Positions 7,885 through 17,289 of a stretch of DNA of 64,000 bases are shown piece by piece. Within the stretch, counting starts at the first letter, position 1. The number at the start of each line of letters is the position of its first letter. The notes under the pieces were generated by a model. It had not been told where the DNA came from and did not search any database. It was given only the letters and a program-made list of their open reading frames with translations. Source of the DNA: an uncultured Gammaproteobacteria bacterium (GTDB lineage: Bacteria; Patescibacteriota; Patescibacteriia; JAHIZJ01); contig CAYJKP010000001.1 of the NCBI GenBank assembly GCA_964371245.1, forward strand, positions 251,042-315,041. Direction: 5' to 3'. The translations under genes and the position numbers were made by a program.

Positions 7885-10850
7885 GGTGCGTTTGGTGAGT
7901 TAACGAAATTGACATTATAGATCCGTGTACACTTGTCTTCCGCTGGCGGTGGATCACCAAATTGATCGGTCAAGGTGATTTTAAGCTCGTGCGTTCCCGG
8001 CGTTATGTTAGTGAACGGCATACTGACATGTTCGTGCTCCCGTCCGATGGTGGCTTGGCCGATTACACTCCGATCCTGAGACAGTGTCAGGAGGTATGTT
8101 TTCTTTGTTGAGCAGGTAAAGGACCAAAAATCGAGGGTGGCCGACGTTGTTTTGGCGCTGGGGTTATTTAAAACCATCGTGGCGTCGTTTTTGACATAAC
8201 GTTTCAATTCACGATCGTTGCTGCTTGAGATAGACCCCCAATTTTTGTCGATGTAAACATATGGTTCTTGATCGGCTGAGGCGAGTCGAAAGAGATTGTA
8301 TTGTTTTGCATTGAACAGTTTCTCGAAAGCCGGATTAGCCACCGTTATGAGATTGTCGATATAGGCGATTTCCTGGTTGCTCAGATATCTTTTATCGATA
8401 ACCAGATATTTGATATTCCGTCCAGAAAGGTTTTCTCGCGCCAGTCTGGGGTAATAACCGGAAGCATACAGATCGTGACTGATTCTTGCCGTCGTTTCAA
8501 TCTGATGTTGAATCGGCTGGCTCAGTAAATCTCGTAAAAAGGGCTCGTTATTTTTGATCACCAGCGGCGAACCGTCAGCGGCATCAGCCGATCGGTTCAT
8601 CAAATCGTCGGTTGTTAGAAATCGTGCCGAGTCGACGGTCGATTGGTCGTGACTGGCAAAGGGGTACCACAAGATGTTGCTGGCCGTATAATTTGCACTC
8701 CCGATATTCTCTAAAACGTCAGTCTCGATCGGGTTTTCTGATGTTTGTATCCTTTCAACGGTCACAGGATATTTATCCAGGTCAAGAGAACTATTTGTTT
8801 TTGGATCATGAACGACAAAAGTTAGTTTATGCTCGCCCGGGAAAGCGTCAAAATCGAGTCTGACAGTTTTCAGGTACGGGCCAATTTCTTCTCGTCCGAT
8901 GGTTCTATTGCCATAGATAACGTCAAGCGTAGCGATGTCGTTCGTTGTACGCAGAGTGATATCGATTTTGGCGTTCTCATCGGTTGTGGAGAAATTTTTC
9001 ACCAGCACCGTGCTATTCGGCTGGAGGGTTCGGTACTTCACGCGGTCGTCATTGTACTGGAGATCGGACCAGTTGTCGCCGAGCGATAGATAGAGCTGTT
9101 TTGGCAAGGGTCGGGTATCAAGTTCGTACACTAGGGTATCCCCGGTATCTTCTTTATTGATGACAGAGAGGTTTGTTTCAATAAACTTTTTGATCTCATT
9201 ATACTGCTCGAGCGTCAAAAACTGCTTGCCCTCGCCGACGAATTGCTTATCAACGATAATGTATCGTATGTTCTGTTCGGACAAGTACGGCTGGGCAATA
9301 CGCGAATAATCGTAATAAATTATGTCAGAGTTCTCTTTTCCTGACGGGATAAAATACAGCAAATTGTTTATTCCGGGCGTATTTAGGTCAGCTTGTTGCC
9401 GTTCCCAGTTTTTTCTGGCAAAGTCAAACTTACCAATGACGTTCTTATTGTGAAACGTGTTGTAGTACTTCACTTTTGAAGCGTATAAATAGTTTGAGAT
9501 GATAGGTAATTCGATGACGGAAAAATCGCCCGGTTCATTGCCAAGCTTTTTATACGCGGCGGGCACAGTAACCGAGTTCGTCACTGTGCTTGGAAGGAAT
9601 TCGATCAGAAGCAATAGCGTTATCCCAAGCAGAAGCCGCCGTTTCGTGTTTCGACCGCTAAATTTTTTCTCAAGTAAATATGAAAAGCCAAAGGCACTGA
9701 GGACAGACAACGAGAGTAGACCGATGACGAATAGACGTCCTACGGTCCGCATATTCTCGAGAAACGGAACGTAATGGTACAAAAAGAGATAGGGTAGGGG
9801 GACGCTCGGTTTGACCGTGCCGAGGAAATGGAGAAACGGTCCCAGTGAAAAAATGGCAAAAGCGGCCAGGAGAATAATCCATAGCCGAACTTGAACATCA
9901 TGTTTTCGTGAGCGCCAGCCAATGAGAGCGAGAATCAAGGCGGCAAAGCCGACATAGACTGAGTATTCGGCCGGATTGCCCGTGAACGTGTTCGCCACGT
10001 GGTCGGCGAAAAACGATCCCCAGATCGGGTGGGCTGAAGCTGGGGTAAGAAAACCGACCGCGTCATTGGAATAATTAACCGCCTGTTCGAGTCCGGGGTC
10101 GAGATAATTATTCTGGGAGGTGGCGATTCTTATCCAGTCGCTGTATTTCGTGATCAAAAGCAGAAACGAGAGCACGATACCCGCCCCGAGCGTTATCATG
10201 AGTCGCTTGTTTTTGAAAACCTCTTTCTTAGCCAAGGCGTAATAGATAATCAGACCGGCGCTCAGCAAGAGGGCGGCGACCGCAAAGTGAACCTCGTTAA
10301 CGGCAATAAGCGCGAAAAATATTACCGATGGAACGAGATAGCGCAAGCGTCCGGAATCAAAAAGCTTAAAAAAGAATAAGACGTAAAAGGGGATAAACTC
10401 CAAGTGAGTCGCTCCGCCAAAGCCCATGCTGTAGGCGACGTGTAAGGGGGCAAAACTGAAGATAAATCCGGCGATCATTGAGCCCCAAAAGTTCTTCGTC
10501 AGATAGCGGGCCAGAAGAAAAGCACCGAAACCGGCAAAGATAAAGGACCCAAGCCAAACAAGATTATAGGCCAAGAGGTTGCCGAACAGTAACGAAAAAA
10601 GAGCCCGGATCGTGCTGAGTTCAAAAATATTTTTTATTACATAGATGATTGCACTTACCGCTCCATCGTTGAGTAATTGATTGTGGATTGTGACTTGCTG
10701 GGCGTAAATTGGCCAAGCGTCATTGTCGCCGATTAATTTATGCCCCATCACTAATACTGTCGGCAGAAAATATCCGACGCTGATCAATATGAAAAAGCAG
10801 AACGCGAAGAACGCGCTATGCCGCTTGAATATTGTGGCTGAAAGACGCAT
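7881..10850 (-). CDS. Large GT-C-like (YfhO-related) membrane glycosyltransferase with duplicated extracellular module
   Basis: N-terminal multi-TM region (AYNLVWL...GAFLLARYL, FSLGP, PYLFLY..VPFLENMRTVGR) followed by two similar soluble modules. Confidence 0.7.
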   Translation of the reverse strand: MRLSATIFKRHSAFFAFCFFILISVGYFLPTVLVMGHKLIGDNDAWPIYAQQVTIHNQLLNDGAVSAIIYVIKNIFELSTIRALFSLLFGNLLAYNLVWLGSFIFAGFGAFLLARYLTKNFWGSMIAGFIFSFAPLHVAYSMGFGGATHLEFIPFYVLFFFKLFDSGRLRYLVPSVIFFALIAVNEVHFAVAALLLSAGLIIYYALAKKEVFKNKRLMITLGAGIVLSFLLLITKYSDWIRIATSQNNYLDPGLEQAVNYSNDAVGFLTPASAHPIWGSFFADHVANTFTGNPAEYSVYVGFAALILALIGWRSRKHDVQVRLWIILLAAFAIFSLGPFLHFLGTVKPSVPLPYLFLYHYVPFLENMRTVGRLFVIGLLSLSVLSAFGFSYLLEKKFSGRNTKRRLLLGITLLLLIEFLPSTVTNSVTVPAAYKKLGNEPGDFSVIELPIISNYLYASKVKYYNTFHNKNVIGKFDFARKNWERQQADLNTPGINNLLYFIPSGKENSDIIYYDYSRIAQPYLSEQNIRYIIVDKQFVGEGKQFLTLEQYNEIKKFIETNLSVINKEDTGDTLVYELDTRPLPKQLYLSLGDNWSDLQYNDDRVKYRTLQPNSTVLVKNFSTTDENAKIDITLRTTNDIATLDVIYGNRTIGREEIGPYLKTVRLDFDAFPGEHKLTFVVHDPKTNSSLDLDKYPVTVERIQTSENPIETDVLENIGSANYTASNILWYPFASHDQSTVDSARFLTTDDLMNRSADAADGSPLVIKNNEPFLRDLLSQPIQHQIETTARISHDLYASGYYPRLARENLSGRNIKYLVIDKRYLSNQEIAYIDNLITVANPAFEKLFNAKQYNLFRLASADQEPYVYIDKNWGSISSSNDRELKRYVKNDATMVLNNPSAKTTSATLDFWSFTCSTKKTYLLTLSQDRSVIGQATIGREHEHVSMPFTNITPGTHELKITLTDQFGDPPPAEDKCTRIYNVNFVNSPNAP

Positions 10851-10884
10851 AAAAAATACGTTTAGTTAAGCGTAATCACTGCCT

Positions 10885-10913
10885 ATCATAACATAAGAGG
10901 TGATATTTGGCTA
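10885..10913 (-). promoter_or_regulatory. Putative sigma70 promoter for the 10850-2359 minus-strand gene run
   Basis: TAGCCA-17 bp-TATGAT with an extended -10 TG on the minus strand. Confidence 0.5.
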
Positions 10914-10989
10914 TCTCTTTGAAATTCGGGTTTGTGACCGGATAAGAAGTTATTCTCGGGAAGGGTGTCAATGCAGATGGCGAGGTTGC

Positions 10990-11001
10990 GCAACTGTTCT
11001 A
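10990..11001. repeat. 12-bp direct repeat GCAACTGTTCTA, copy 1
   Basis: Identical to 11926-11937; overlaps the palindrome GTTGCGCAAC (10985-10994). Confidence 0.7.
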
Positions 11002-11014
11002 GAAGCAAGAGAGG

Positions 11015-11824
11015 CTAAACGTCGTGCATTTTTTTTACCAGGATATCCAGCGTTCTGACGTTGAGGTCGTTCACGTCGTATTTTGAAAAATAGGGACTAA
11101 TTTTTTTCGGGAATTTGCTGTCCGGATTTCGATATTTGAATAGGTACTGTATTTCAAAACCGCTGGCTTGAAACAATCCGATCCAGTCCGAGCAACGTAA
11201 TCGGTTGGTATAAAAAATAGTGCCGCTTGTCGATGATTCCCAGGTGGACTCGTCGTATTTGTAGAAATTAAATGGCGCCGCGCGGCCGTTGAGGTGATCC
11301 TTCAAATCAATTTGATGGAATGAATACCCGCCTATTTTAAGCGTCTGGTTGATATTTTTTACGGCCTGCGCGCATGAATTCCGGGAAATGTGTTCCAGGA
11401 CGGCGTTTGAAATGGCAATATCGAAGTAGCCGGCGTGTGTTTTTGTTCGATGTTCGGTAGCCAGATCCAGTTTGATAAATTTCAAACGAGCCAGACCGGA
11501 TAAAGCCGTATCGGCGGCATCGTTGCGTCGATATGGGTCGCTGGCCACAAACTCGCTGACGCCGCAGTGCTTGATGAAATAGTCGCCGAGGCGGGGAAGG
11601 TTGCCGCTCCCGAGCTCCAATATGCGGGTGTTGGGGAGGTAAACGCCTTTTTTTTGAAAAACATCATTGATGGAGGTAAAGATTCGATGATAGTAGGCGT
11701 CATTTTTATCACTCCAACCTTTACGCAATAGCCACCCGTTTACCGACGGGATTTTCTTTATGAGTGACGTGAGTTTCAGTTCGAAACCCAGGGCGGTAAA
11801 AACTCCGAATATTTTTCTAGACAT
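11015..11824 (-). CDS. Class I SAM-dependent methyltransferase (polysaccharide-locus type)
   Basis: ILELGSG, FDIAISNAVLEH, HQIDLKDH and TNRLR motifs. Confidence 0.85.
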   Translation of the reverse strand: MSRKIFGVFTALGFELKLTSLIKKIPSVNGWLLRKGWSDKNDAYYHRIFTSINDVFQKKGVYLPNTRILELGSGNLPRLGDYFIKHCGVSEFVASDPYRRNDAADTALSGLARLKFIKLDLATEHRTKTHAGYFDIAISNAVLEHISRNSCAQAVKNINQTLKIGGYSFHQIDLKDHLNGRAAPFNFYKYDESTWESSTSGTIFYTNRLRCSDWIGLFQASGFEIQYLFKYRNPDSKFPKKISPYFSKYDVNDLNVRTLDILVKKMHDV

Positions 11825-11900
11825 ATGATTTACAGTTGGTCGAACGCGGGGCGTTATGTATCAAATTGATAATATCTTCCAAGACAACTTCGATAACAAT

Positions 11901-11929
11901 AGTATAGTTACTAGGCGTTCTTTCTGCAA
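11901..11929 (-). promoter_or_regulatory. Putative sigma70 promoter of the methyltransferase gene
   Basis: TTGCAG-17 bp-TATACT on the minus strand. Confidence 0.55.
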
Positions 11930-11937
11930 CTGTTCTA
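11926..11937. repeat. 12-bp direct repeat GCAACTGTTCTA, copy 2
   Basis: Identical to 10990-11001. Confidence 0.7.
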
Positions 11938-11959
11938 ATCCGGTCGGCGGGGTCGATAC

Positions 11960-11988
11960 TTCACAATTCGTTCATAATATTGTATTAT
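11960..11988 (+). promoter_or_regulatory. Putative sigma70 promoter, probably leaderless transcript
   Basis: TTCACA-17 bp-TATTAT, with the ATG at 11995 lying 6 nt after the -10. Confidence 0.5.
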
Positions 11989-11994
11989 TTTTGT

Positions 11995-13971
11995 ATGTCG
12001 ATAATGCTGGACCTTAGAAAAACAAAGGGTCAAAAGGATCAAGGTTGGAATAAAATCAGCTTTAATAAGATACTGTGGGTTGTGGCGATCGTCACGATGT
12101 TTTTTTGGTTATGTTATAAGCTGGGGGACTTTTATTCCAACGGCCTGTTCTGGCAAAACTGGTATTATCTGCTGGCGGCGATTCCGGTGGTCTGCTTAGT
12201 AATTTTGCATTGGCGACGGGACAAATCGCTGAAACTATGCGCCGATAAATTTGAAAGGGATTACGACAAGAAGAGCCACGAGGTATCCAAAGAGGCGCGG
12301 CGAAAAAACGTATTTCTGAGTAAACACCCAGTGCTCAACCATCTGCCGGTTATCGGTCCGGTCACGCGCTGGGCATATGTCAATGGAGCGACGTTTGTTA
12401 TCGCCATTATTCTTATCGGCATCAACGCCTGGTTTATCCGGATTAATAATCTCGGCGTCTTGCCAATACAAAACGATGAATTTCTGAGTTACGGTGCCAT
12501 CAAGTATATTGTCGATGGCAATCTGTCTTTTAAAGACATGCAATACGGCGCCGACAGCAATTTAAGCGATGATTTTTACAGTCGCGCCTTGCCATATTCC
12601 CTTGGTGCCGCCTGGACTGTTGACGTGCTCGGCGGTGATTATATGAATTACTTTAATCTGCGGCTGTTCTCGGTGCTCTGCGGAATGGCAACCTTGGTCG
12701 TATTTTATTTTCTGATGCGAAGGCATTTTTCAAAAATTACCGTATTGTTCTCCCTTTTTGGCTTGTCCGTTTTTTACATGTTTGTCTATTATTCACGGCT
12801 GGCGCGGATGTATTCGTTTCATATCCTGTTATTTTTTATAATGGTGCTGATTTTGGACAGGTTGTTCTTGAAAATTGAGAAAGATCCGATCGCACGGCTG
12901 CTCAATCCGGGCCAGACACTTCGGTACTATGCCACGCTTATCAAAGAAAATTATCCGTTAATTCTGCTATTTATCGCCGTGCTAATTCTCGATTTGAAAA
13001 CCCACTACACCGGCATCTTCATCTTACCGATAATTTTTGCCTACTCGGTTCTGCTGGTGCGAAGACACAAACAACTTTTGTATCCGGTGGTGTTGGTTGC
13101 CGTGGCGGTTATTGCTTTCTTAATCTTATTCTTTTCGGGTTTTCACTTTTTGGGGGATTGGTACTTCAATAGCCGGAAACTGGTGTACTGGAAATTTTTC
13201 GACTACAATTATACTTATCTCAGGGGCGGGTATTTAACCCTGCCATTATTTTTCTTGCCGATAATATTCTATAAAAAAATCCCCTCATTGATAAAAATGT
13301 CATATGCCGCCTTTTTTTCCGTGTTACCGATGTACCTATTTTTATTTAACGGCAGCATGTTCAGCGATCCACGATACATGATGTTTTTATACCCCTTTTA
13401 CATCATGACCGTCATTTATGCCTTGTATTTGATTTCTTTGTATATTTCTCGTGTCATAAAAAGAGGCAGAAAGTATTTGTTTATCGGTGTGTTTGCCCTT
13501 TTATTTCTATCGGCGGCGTTCCCATTGCAGATCAATGGAGTTTGCGGCGTCAGCGTTATTCATACTTGTCCGATCAGTGATCGCAGTAAAATATTCACCC
13601 TTGATCGATGGAATTACAACCATGACGAATACTTTAATATAATAAAAGATTCTAGTAATCCTGATACAATCATCGCCGGAAGAACGATTTATGATTTTTA
13701 CATCGAAAAGTATCAAATAGAAAATCAACTGTTTCGACTCGCCCTGGTAAAGAAATTCATCGACAGCTCGGTACAATATACCGTTTCGGATCTGGCGACA
13801 AAAGACATCATTCTTATTGTTTATCCGAAATTGAGCTATTCACAACCAGCCACCGATCCGTTTTCGGGTGTTTACCGGTACTTAGTTGAGGAGCGCACTG
13901 ATAAAAAAACGCTGTACAAATCAGCCGACGGCAAGGTGGTTGTTTATAAATTCGATAAACTGTATCAATAG
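11995..13971 (+). CDS. GT-C fold (GT39/ArnT-like) membrane glycosyltransferase
   Basis: LPIQNDE first-loop acidic motif, NLRLFSVLCG, YYSRLARMYS and DPRY; many TM segments; visibly AT-rich. Start codon uncertain (11980, 11995 or 12004). Confidence 0.78.
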   Translation: MSIMLDLRKTKGQKDQGWNKISFNKILWVVAIVTMFFWLCYKLGDFYSNGLFWQNWYYLLAAIPVVCLVILHWRRDKSLKLCADKFERDYDKKSHEVSKEARRKNVFLSKHPVLNHLPVIGPVTRWAYVNGATFVIAIILIGINAWFIRINNLGVLPIQNDEFLSYGAIKYIVDGNLSFKDMQYGADSNLSDDFYSRALPYSLGAAWTVDVLGGDYMNYFNLRLFSVLCGMATLVVFYFLMRRHFSKITVLFSLFGLSVFYMFVYYSRLARMYSFHILLFFIMVLILDRLFLKIEKDPIARLLNPGQTLRYYATLIKENYPLILLFIAVLILDLKTHYTGIFILPIIFAYSVLLVRRHKQLLYPVVLVAVAVIAFLILFFSGFHFLGDWYFNSRKLVYWKFFDYNYTYLRGGYLTLPLFFLPIIFYKKIPSLIKMSYAAFFSVLPMYLFLFNGSMFSDPRYMMFLYPFYIMTVIYALYLISLYISRVIKRGRKYLFIGVFALLFLSAAFPLQINGVCGVSVIHTCPISDRSKIFTLDRWNYNHDEYFNIIKDSSNPDTIIAGRTIYDFYIEKYQIENQLFRLALVKKFIDSSVQYTVSDLATKDIILIVYPKLSYSQPATDPFSGVYRYLVEERTDKKTLYKSADGKVVVYKFDKLYQ

Positions 13972-13972
13972 G

Positions 13973-15262
13973 GTGCTTACGAAGCTGTCCAAACAACTCG
14001 CGAGCGGAAAGGTGTTGGCTCGCTTTTCATTGCTGAAGGCCTCGGGCCAGGTGTTTGAGATGCTCATCCCGTTCGGTTTAGCGGTGGTTATCGCGCCCGA
14101 TATATTCGGCATCTACTCCTTGGGTAAAATGGTTGTTTTTTTATTTGCGAGTTTGTTTGTCTTTTCGTCCCTGACACCGTTTGTCGTGTTTTCTAATCAA
14201 GAAGCGCAACAAACCGGCAAGATCAATAATTCTTTTTCCGTTCAGGTAGTGCTCGTCGCTTTGTCAGCCGGCCTGTTTCTTCTGATCACGCTGCTGGGCG
14301 GTACGTACATTAAAACGTTCACCGAGCTTAATAGCAGCGAACTTATTTTTCTGGTCCTGGCCTATTTCGGAATCACCATCCGGTTTTTCCTGGAGAATAT
14401 TTTTCTGGCGCTTAATCAAAAGACAAAAAACGCCGCGGTGGATTTTTTTTACGGACTAGTCAGCGTGGTGACCATTGTAATACTGTATCGCTTTCACGTC
14501 TTAAGCGTGTCTACCTTGTTTTTGACGTATTTTATTGCCGCCCTGGCGGTACTCGCTATCTATCTTCGTTTCATAAATTTCAGTCTGCTCCGACCATTTC
14601 ACGTCGAACGCTCGCATTTCAAGAAAATGTTTAATTTCGCCAAGTGGAATATTGTCGGTTCAACGGCCGTTTATTTGACGAACTGGGGAGACAATTTCGT
14701 TTTGCGCCTGTTCGTCTCCGTTGACCAGATCGGAATCTACAACCTTGGCTATCAGACCTTCAAGGGTTTAACTGGATTGTATTTTATCCTCAACTCCTAT
14801 TTCTTACCGTCTATCAGTAAGACGATCGAGGATGTCAAAGCGGTGCAAAACTACGTGTTTAACAAAAGACCAAAGATATTTTTATTGGTCCTGGTTTTTA
14901 TTGTCGGATTTTATCTTTTATTGCCGACAATATTTCACGCCATCTATTCCGCGAGTTACGATGGTGCGATTATTGTCCTGAAAATTCTGTTAATCGGCAG
15001 CGTGCTTGAACTCTATAATGTCTTTTACATTCCGATTTTGAATGCCAGCCGGAAGTATAAATTTACCCAAACGACAAATATCGTCCAGGTTTTGATAAAT
15101 CTCGGCTTGGATTTCCTGCTGATTCCGGCGCTCGGGATTACCGGCGCGGCCATTGCCACGGTCACGGCGTATACGGCACGAAATCTGATCTACGAGATAT
15201 ATGTGTATCGAAAATTTAAGGATTTTTCCTTTATCAGCCGATGGTTTGGCCACCAGGGCTAA
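13973..15262 (+). CDS. Wzx-type oligosaccharide flippase (second copy)
   Basis: FGIYSLG, IGIYNLGY and LIPALGITGAAIAT motifs. The GTG at 13973 avoids overlap with the upstream gene. Confidence 0.85.
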   Translation: MLTKLSKQLASGKVLARFSLLKASGQVFEMLIPFGLAVVIAPDIFGIYSLGKMVVFLFASLFVFSSLTPFVVFSNQEAQQTGKINNSFSVQVVLVALSAGLFLLITLLGGTYIKTFTELNSSELIFLVLAYFGITIRFFLENIFLALNQKTKNAAVDFFYGLVSVVTIVILYRFHVLSVSTLFLTYFIAALAVLAIYLRFINFSLLRPFHVERSHFKKMFNFAKWNIVGSTAVYLTNWGDNFVLRLFVSVDQIGIYNLGYQTFKGLTGLYFILNSYFLPSISKTIEDVKAVQNYVFNKRPKIFLLVLVFIVGFYLLLPTIFHAIYSASYDGAIIVLKILLIGSVLELYNVFYIPILNASRKYKFTQTTNIVQVLINLGLDFLLIPALGITGAAIATVTAYTARNLIYEIYVYRKFKDFSFISRWFGHQG

Positions 15263-15936
15263 TCTTTTCGCGCTACCGCCAACATGGTTTTATTAAGCCC
15301 AATGCGCTTATCAAACCGCATGAACAACCGCCAGTAGTACCGCGAGCCGGGCAGGGAAGACATAATACTGAACGGGAACACCCCGATTTTTTTTAGACTG
15401 AAACCTGACTCGCGCAGCAGCGTTGACATCCTGTCTTTATCAAATGATTGCAGGTGACCGACGCGATGAAAATGGTGGCCGCAATTCGGACAGGTGATCG
15501 AGTTCTTTTCCAATAGTTCATTGAAGGGGACGGTGACGATGAGGTGGCCGCCCGGTCGCAGTACCCGGAACGTTTCGCTCAACCCGGCGCGGAGCTGCTC
15601 CGTCGACAAGTGTTCTAACACCTCGGTACAAATAGCGGTCATAAAGCTACCGTCCGGGAATTTCAGATCCGTAATCAATCCTTCCTGGACCAGGTCGGTC
15701 TTTGGACAGAGGTCGATGCCGACCGCATCGCGGTGTCCGGTACGGCGCAATAAGGCGACCATCGCTCCGGTGCCAGCGCCAACATCAACGATCGGGTCGA
15801 CCAAGTATTTTTTATTCATGCCGGTAATCAGCTTGGAGACAGTATCACCAAAATAGGTAAAGCTGCAGCTTGGATCGGTGAATTTCTGTTTTGAACACTC
15901 TTCTAATTTCTTTTGATAGGCTTCATTCGGGTGCAT
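15259..15936 (-). CDS. Class I SAM-dependent methyltransferase with CPxC motif
   Basis: IVDVGAGTG, CTEVLEH, RVLRPGG and CPNCGHHFHRVGH. Confidence 0.9.
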   Translation of the reverse strand: MHPNEAYQKKLEECSKQKFTDPSCSFTYFGDTVSKLITGMNKKYLVDPIVDVGAGTGAMVALLRRTGHRDAVGIDLCPKTDLVQEGLITDLKFPDGSFMTAICTEVLEHLSTEQLRAGLSETFRVLRPGGHLIVTVPFNELLEKNSITCPNCGHHFHRVGHLQSFDKDRMSTLLRESGFSLKKIGVFPFSIMSSLPGSRYYWRLFMRFDKRIGLNKTMLAVARKD

Positions 15937-15942
15937 TGGAGG

Positions 15943-17289
15943 TTATTTTAATTTACTTATCGTGTAGTGGTATTTTCCGCTCGCGGCCGGCTCAATATTG
16001 GCGACGCGTTCGAATTTCACGCGGCAATCCGCTCCCATGACCGTGCGAATCGAGGCGACAATGTCGTCCTGGTATCGCACGAAGCCGGCCTCGTCGCTGA
16101 TCACGACTTTGATGATGACCAAGTCATAATCCTCCTGGATCACTTGGAATTTGGAGATGTAGTTTTTATTGAAAACGACGCCGATGAAATGAATGAAGAA
16201 TTCGCCGGGTATAATGCGTCCGGAACGTGTCCGGAAGACGTTCATCTCGCGACCCTCGACGCGCCGCAAGAGCGGCAGACCACGACCGCAAGAGCAGTGC
16301 TGGATCTTTGACCAGGCGCCCAGGTCGCCGATCTTATAGCGAATCAATGGCATGACATAGTTGGTTAACGTGGTGATATAAATACCACCCAGTTCTTCTG
16401 GCGGGCAGAGTTCGAGGCGATCATTTAATATCTCGATATACGAGGTAAAAATATTTATATGCAGTCCCTCGTCCTTTTCGCACGAGCAGGCAACGCCGCC
16501 GACCTCTCGAGAACCGTAACGATTATAAACCTTGGCCTTGAAAACGCGCTCGATCGCCTCCTTCAATGGGGGATAGAGCGTGCCGGCCGAGACAATAATG
16601 CCTTTCGGTGAGAAAACGGGCAAATGGTTGGCTTCGATGAATTTCGCCAGCTCGTACAGGGACTGGACATAGGCTTCAATCACCTTCGGTTTTTCACGGT
16701 TGATGACGCTCACATAGTGACGCATTGTGTCCGGGGTCATGCGAAACGCATTCAAGGTAGTAGTGTTTAGGATATACCGGCTGATCCAGCCCCGAGCGCC
16801 CTTGCTGCCCGTCAGGATCTCTTTTTCCGAGCCCCACAGTTTCACAAGTTTCTCGCCCTCGCGCCGGCCGGCCCACTCGTAAAACAGTAATGAAGAAGCG
16901 GTCCGAGACTCTTTGCTACACACATCCTTATAAAACATCACCGGTTCGCCCGTCGTGCCGCCGGTCGTATCGCGAAAGAACGCCTTTTTGAAATTGCCGA
17001 CCTTTATTCGCTCGCGTTCATTGATAATAATATCCTTTGTTAAGACCGGAAATTTCGCCAGCTCTTCGGTAATGCCGTCTTCGGTCAGTGTGATCGAACG
17101 TTCCCGGGCAATCTTTTGATAATACGGAGAATTCTCCACACTGTATTTCAGCACGGAATACAGCAAAGAACGTTGCCAGCGGCGACATTCCTCGAGCGGA
17201 CGGTATTCATAGGCATGCATCCGTTGTAATTCCCGAAAACGGCCTTTGGCGACAATCCGTGAAGCAAATTGGGCGAGATACTTCCTCAT
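15943..17289 (-). CDS. CapK-like phenylacetate-CoA ligase family (ANL adenylate-forming) protein
   Basis: TTGGTTGEP P-loop, YGSRE, MPLIRYKIGD, CSCGR, EGR and SGK motifs; glycan-locus context. Confidence 0.88.
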   Translation of the reverse strand: MRKYLAQFASRIVAKGRFRELQRMHAYEYRPLEECRRWQRSLLYSVLKYSVENSPYYQKIARERSITLTEDGITEELAKFPVLTKDIIINERERIKVGNFKKAFFRDTTGGTTGEPVMFYKDVCSKESRTASSLLFYEWAGRREGEKLVKLWGSEKEILTGSKGARGWISRYILNTTTLNAFRMTPDTMRHYVSVINREKPKVIEAYVQSLYELAKFIEANHLPVFSPKGIIVSAGTLYPPLKEAIERVFKAKVYNRYGSREVGGVACSCEKDEGLHINIFTSYIEILNDRLELCPPEELGGIYITTLTNYVMPLIRYKIGDLGAWSKIQHCSCGRGLPLLRRVEGREMNVFRTRSGRIIPGEFFIHFIGVVFNKNYISKFQVIQEDYDLVIIKVVISDEAGFVRYQDDIVASIRTVMGADCRVKFERVANIEPAASGKYHYTISKLK

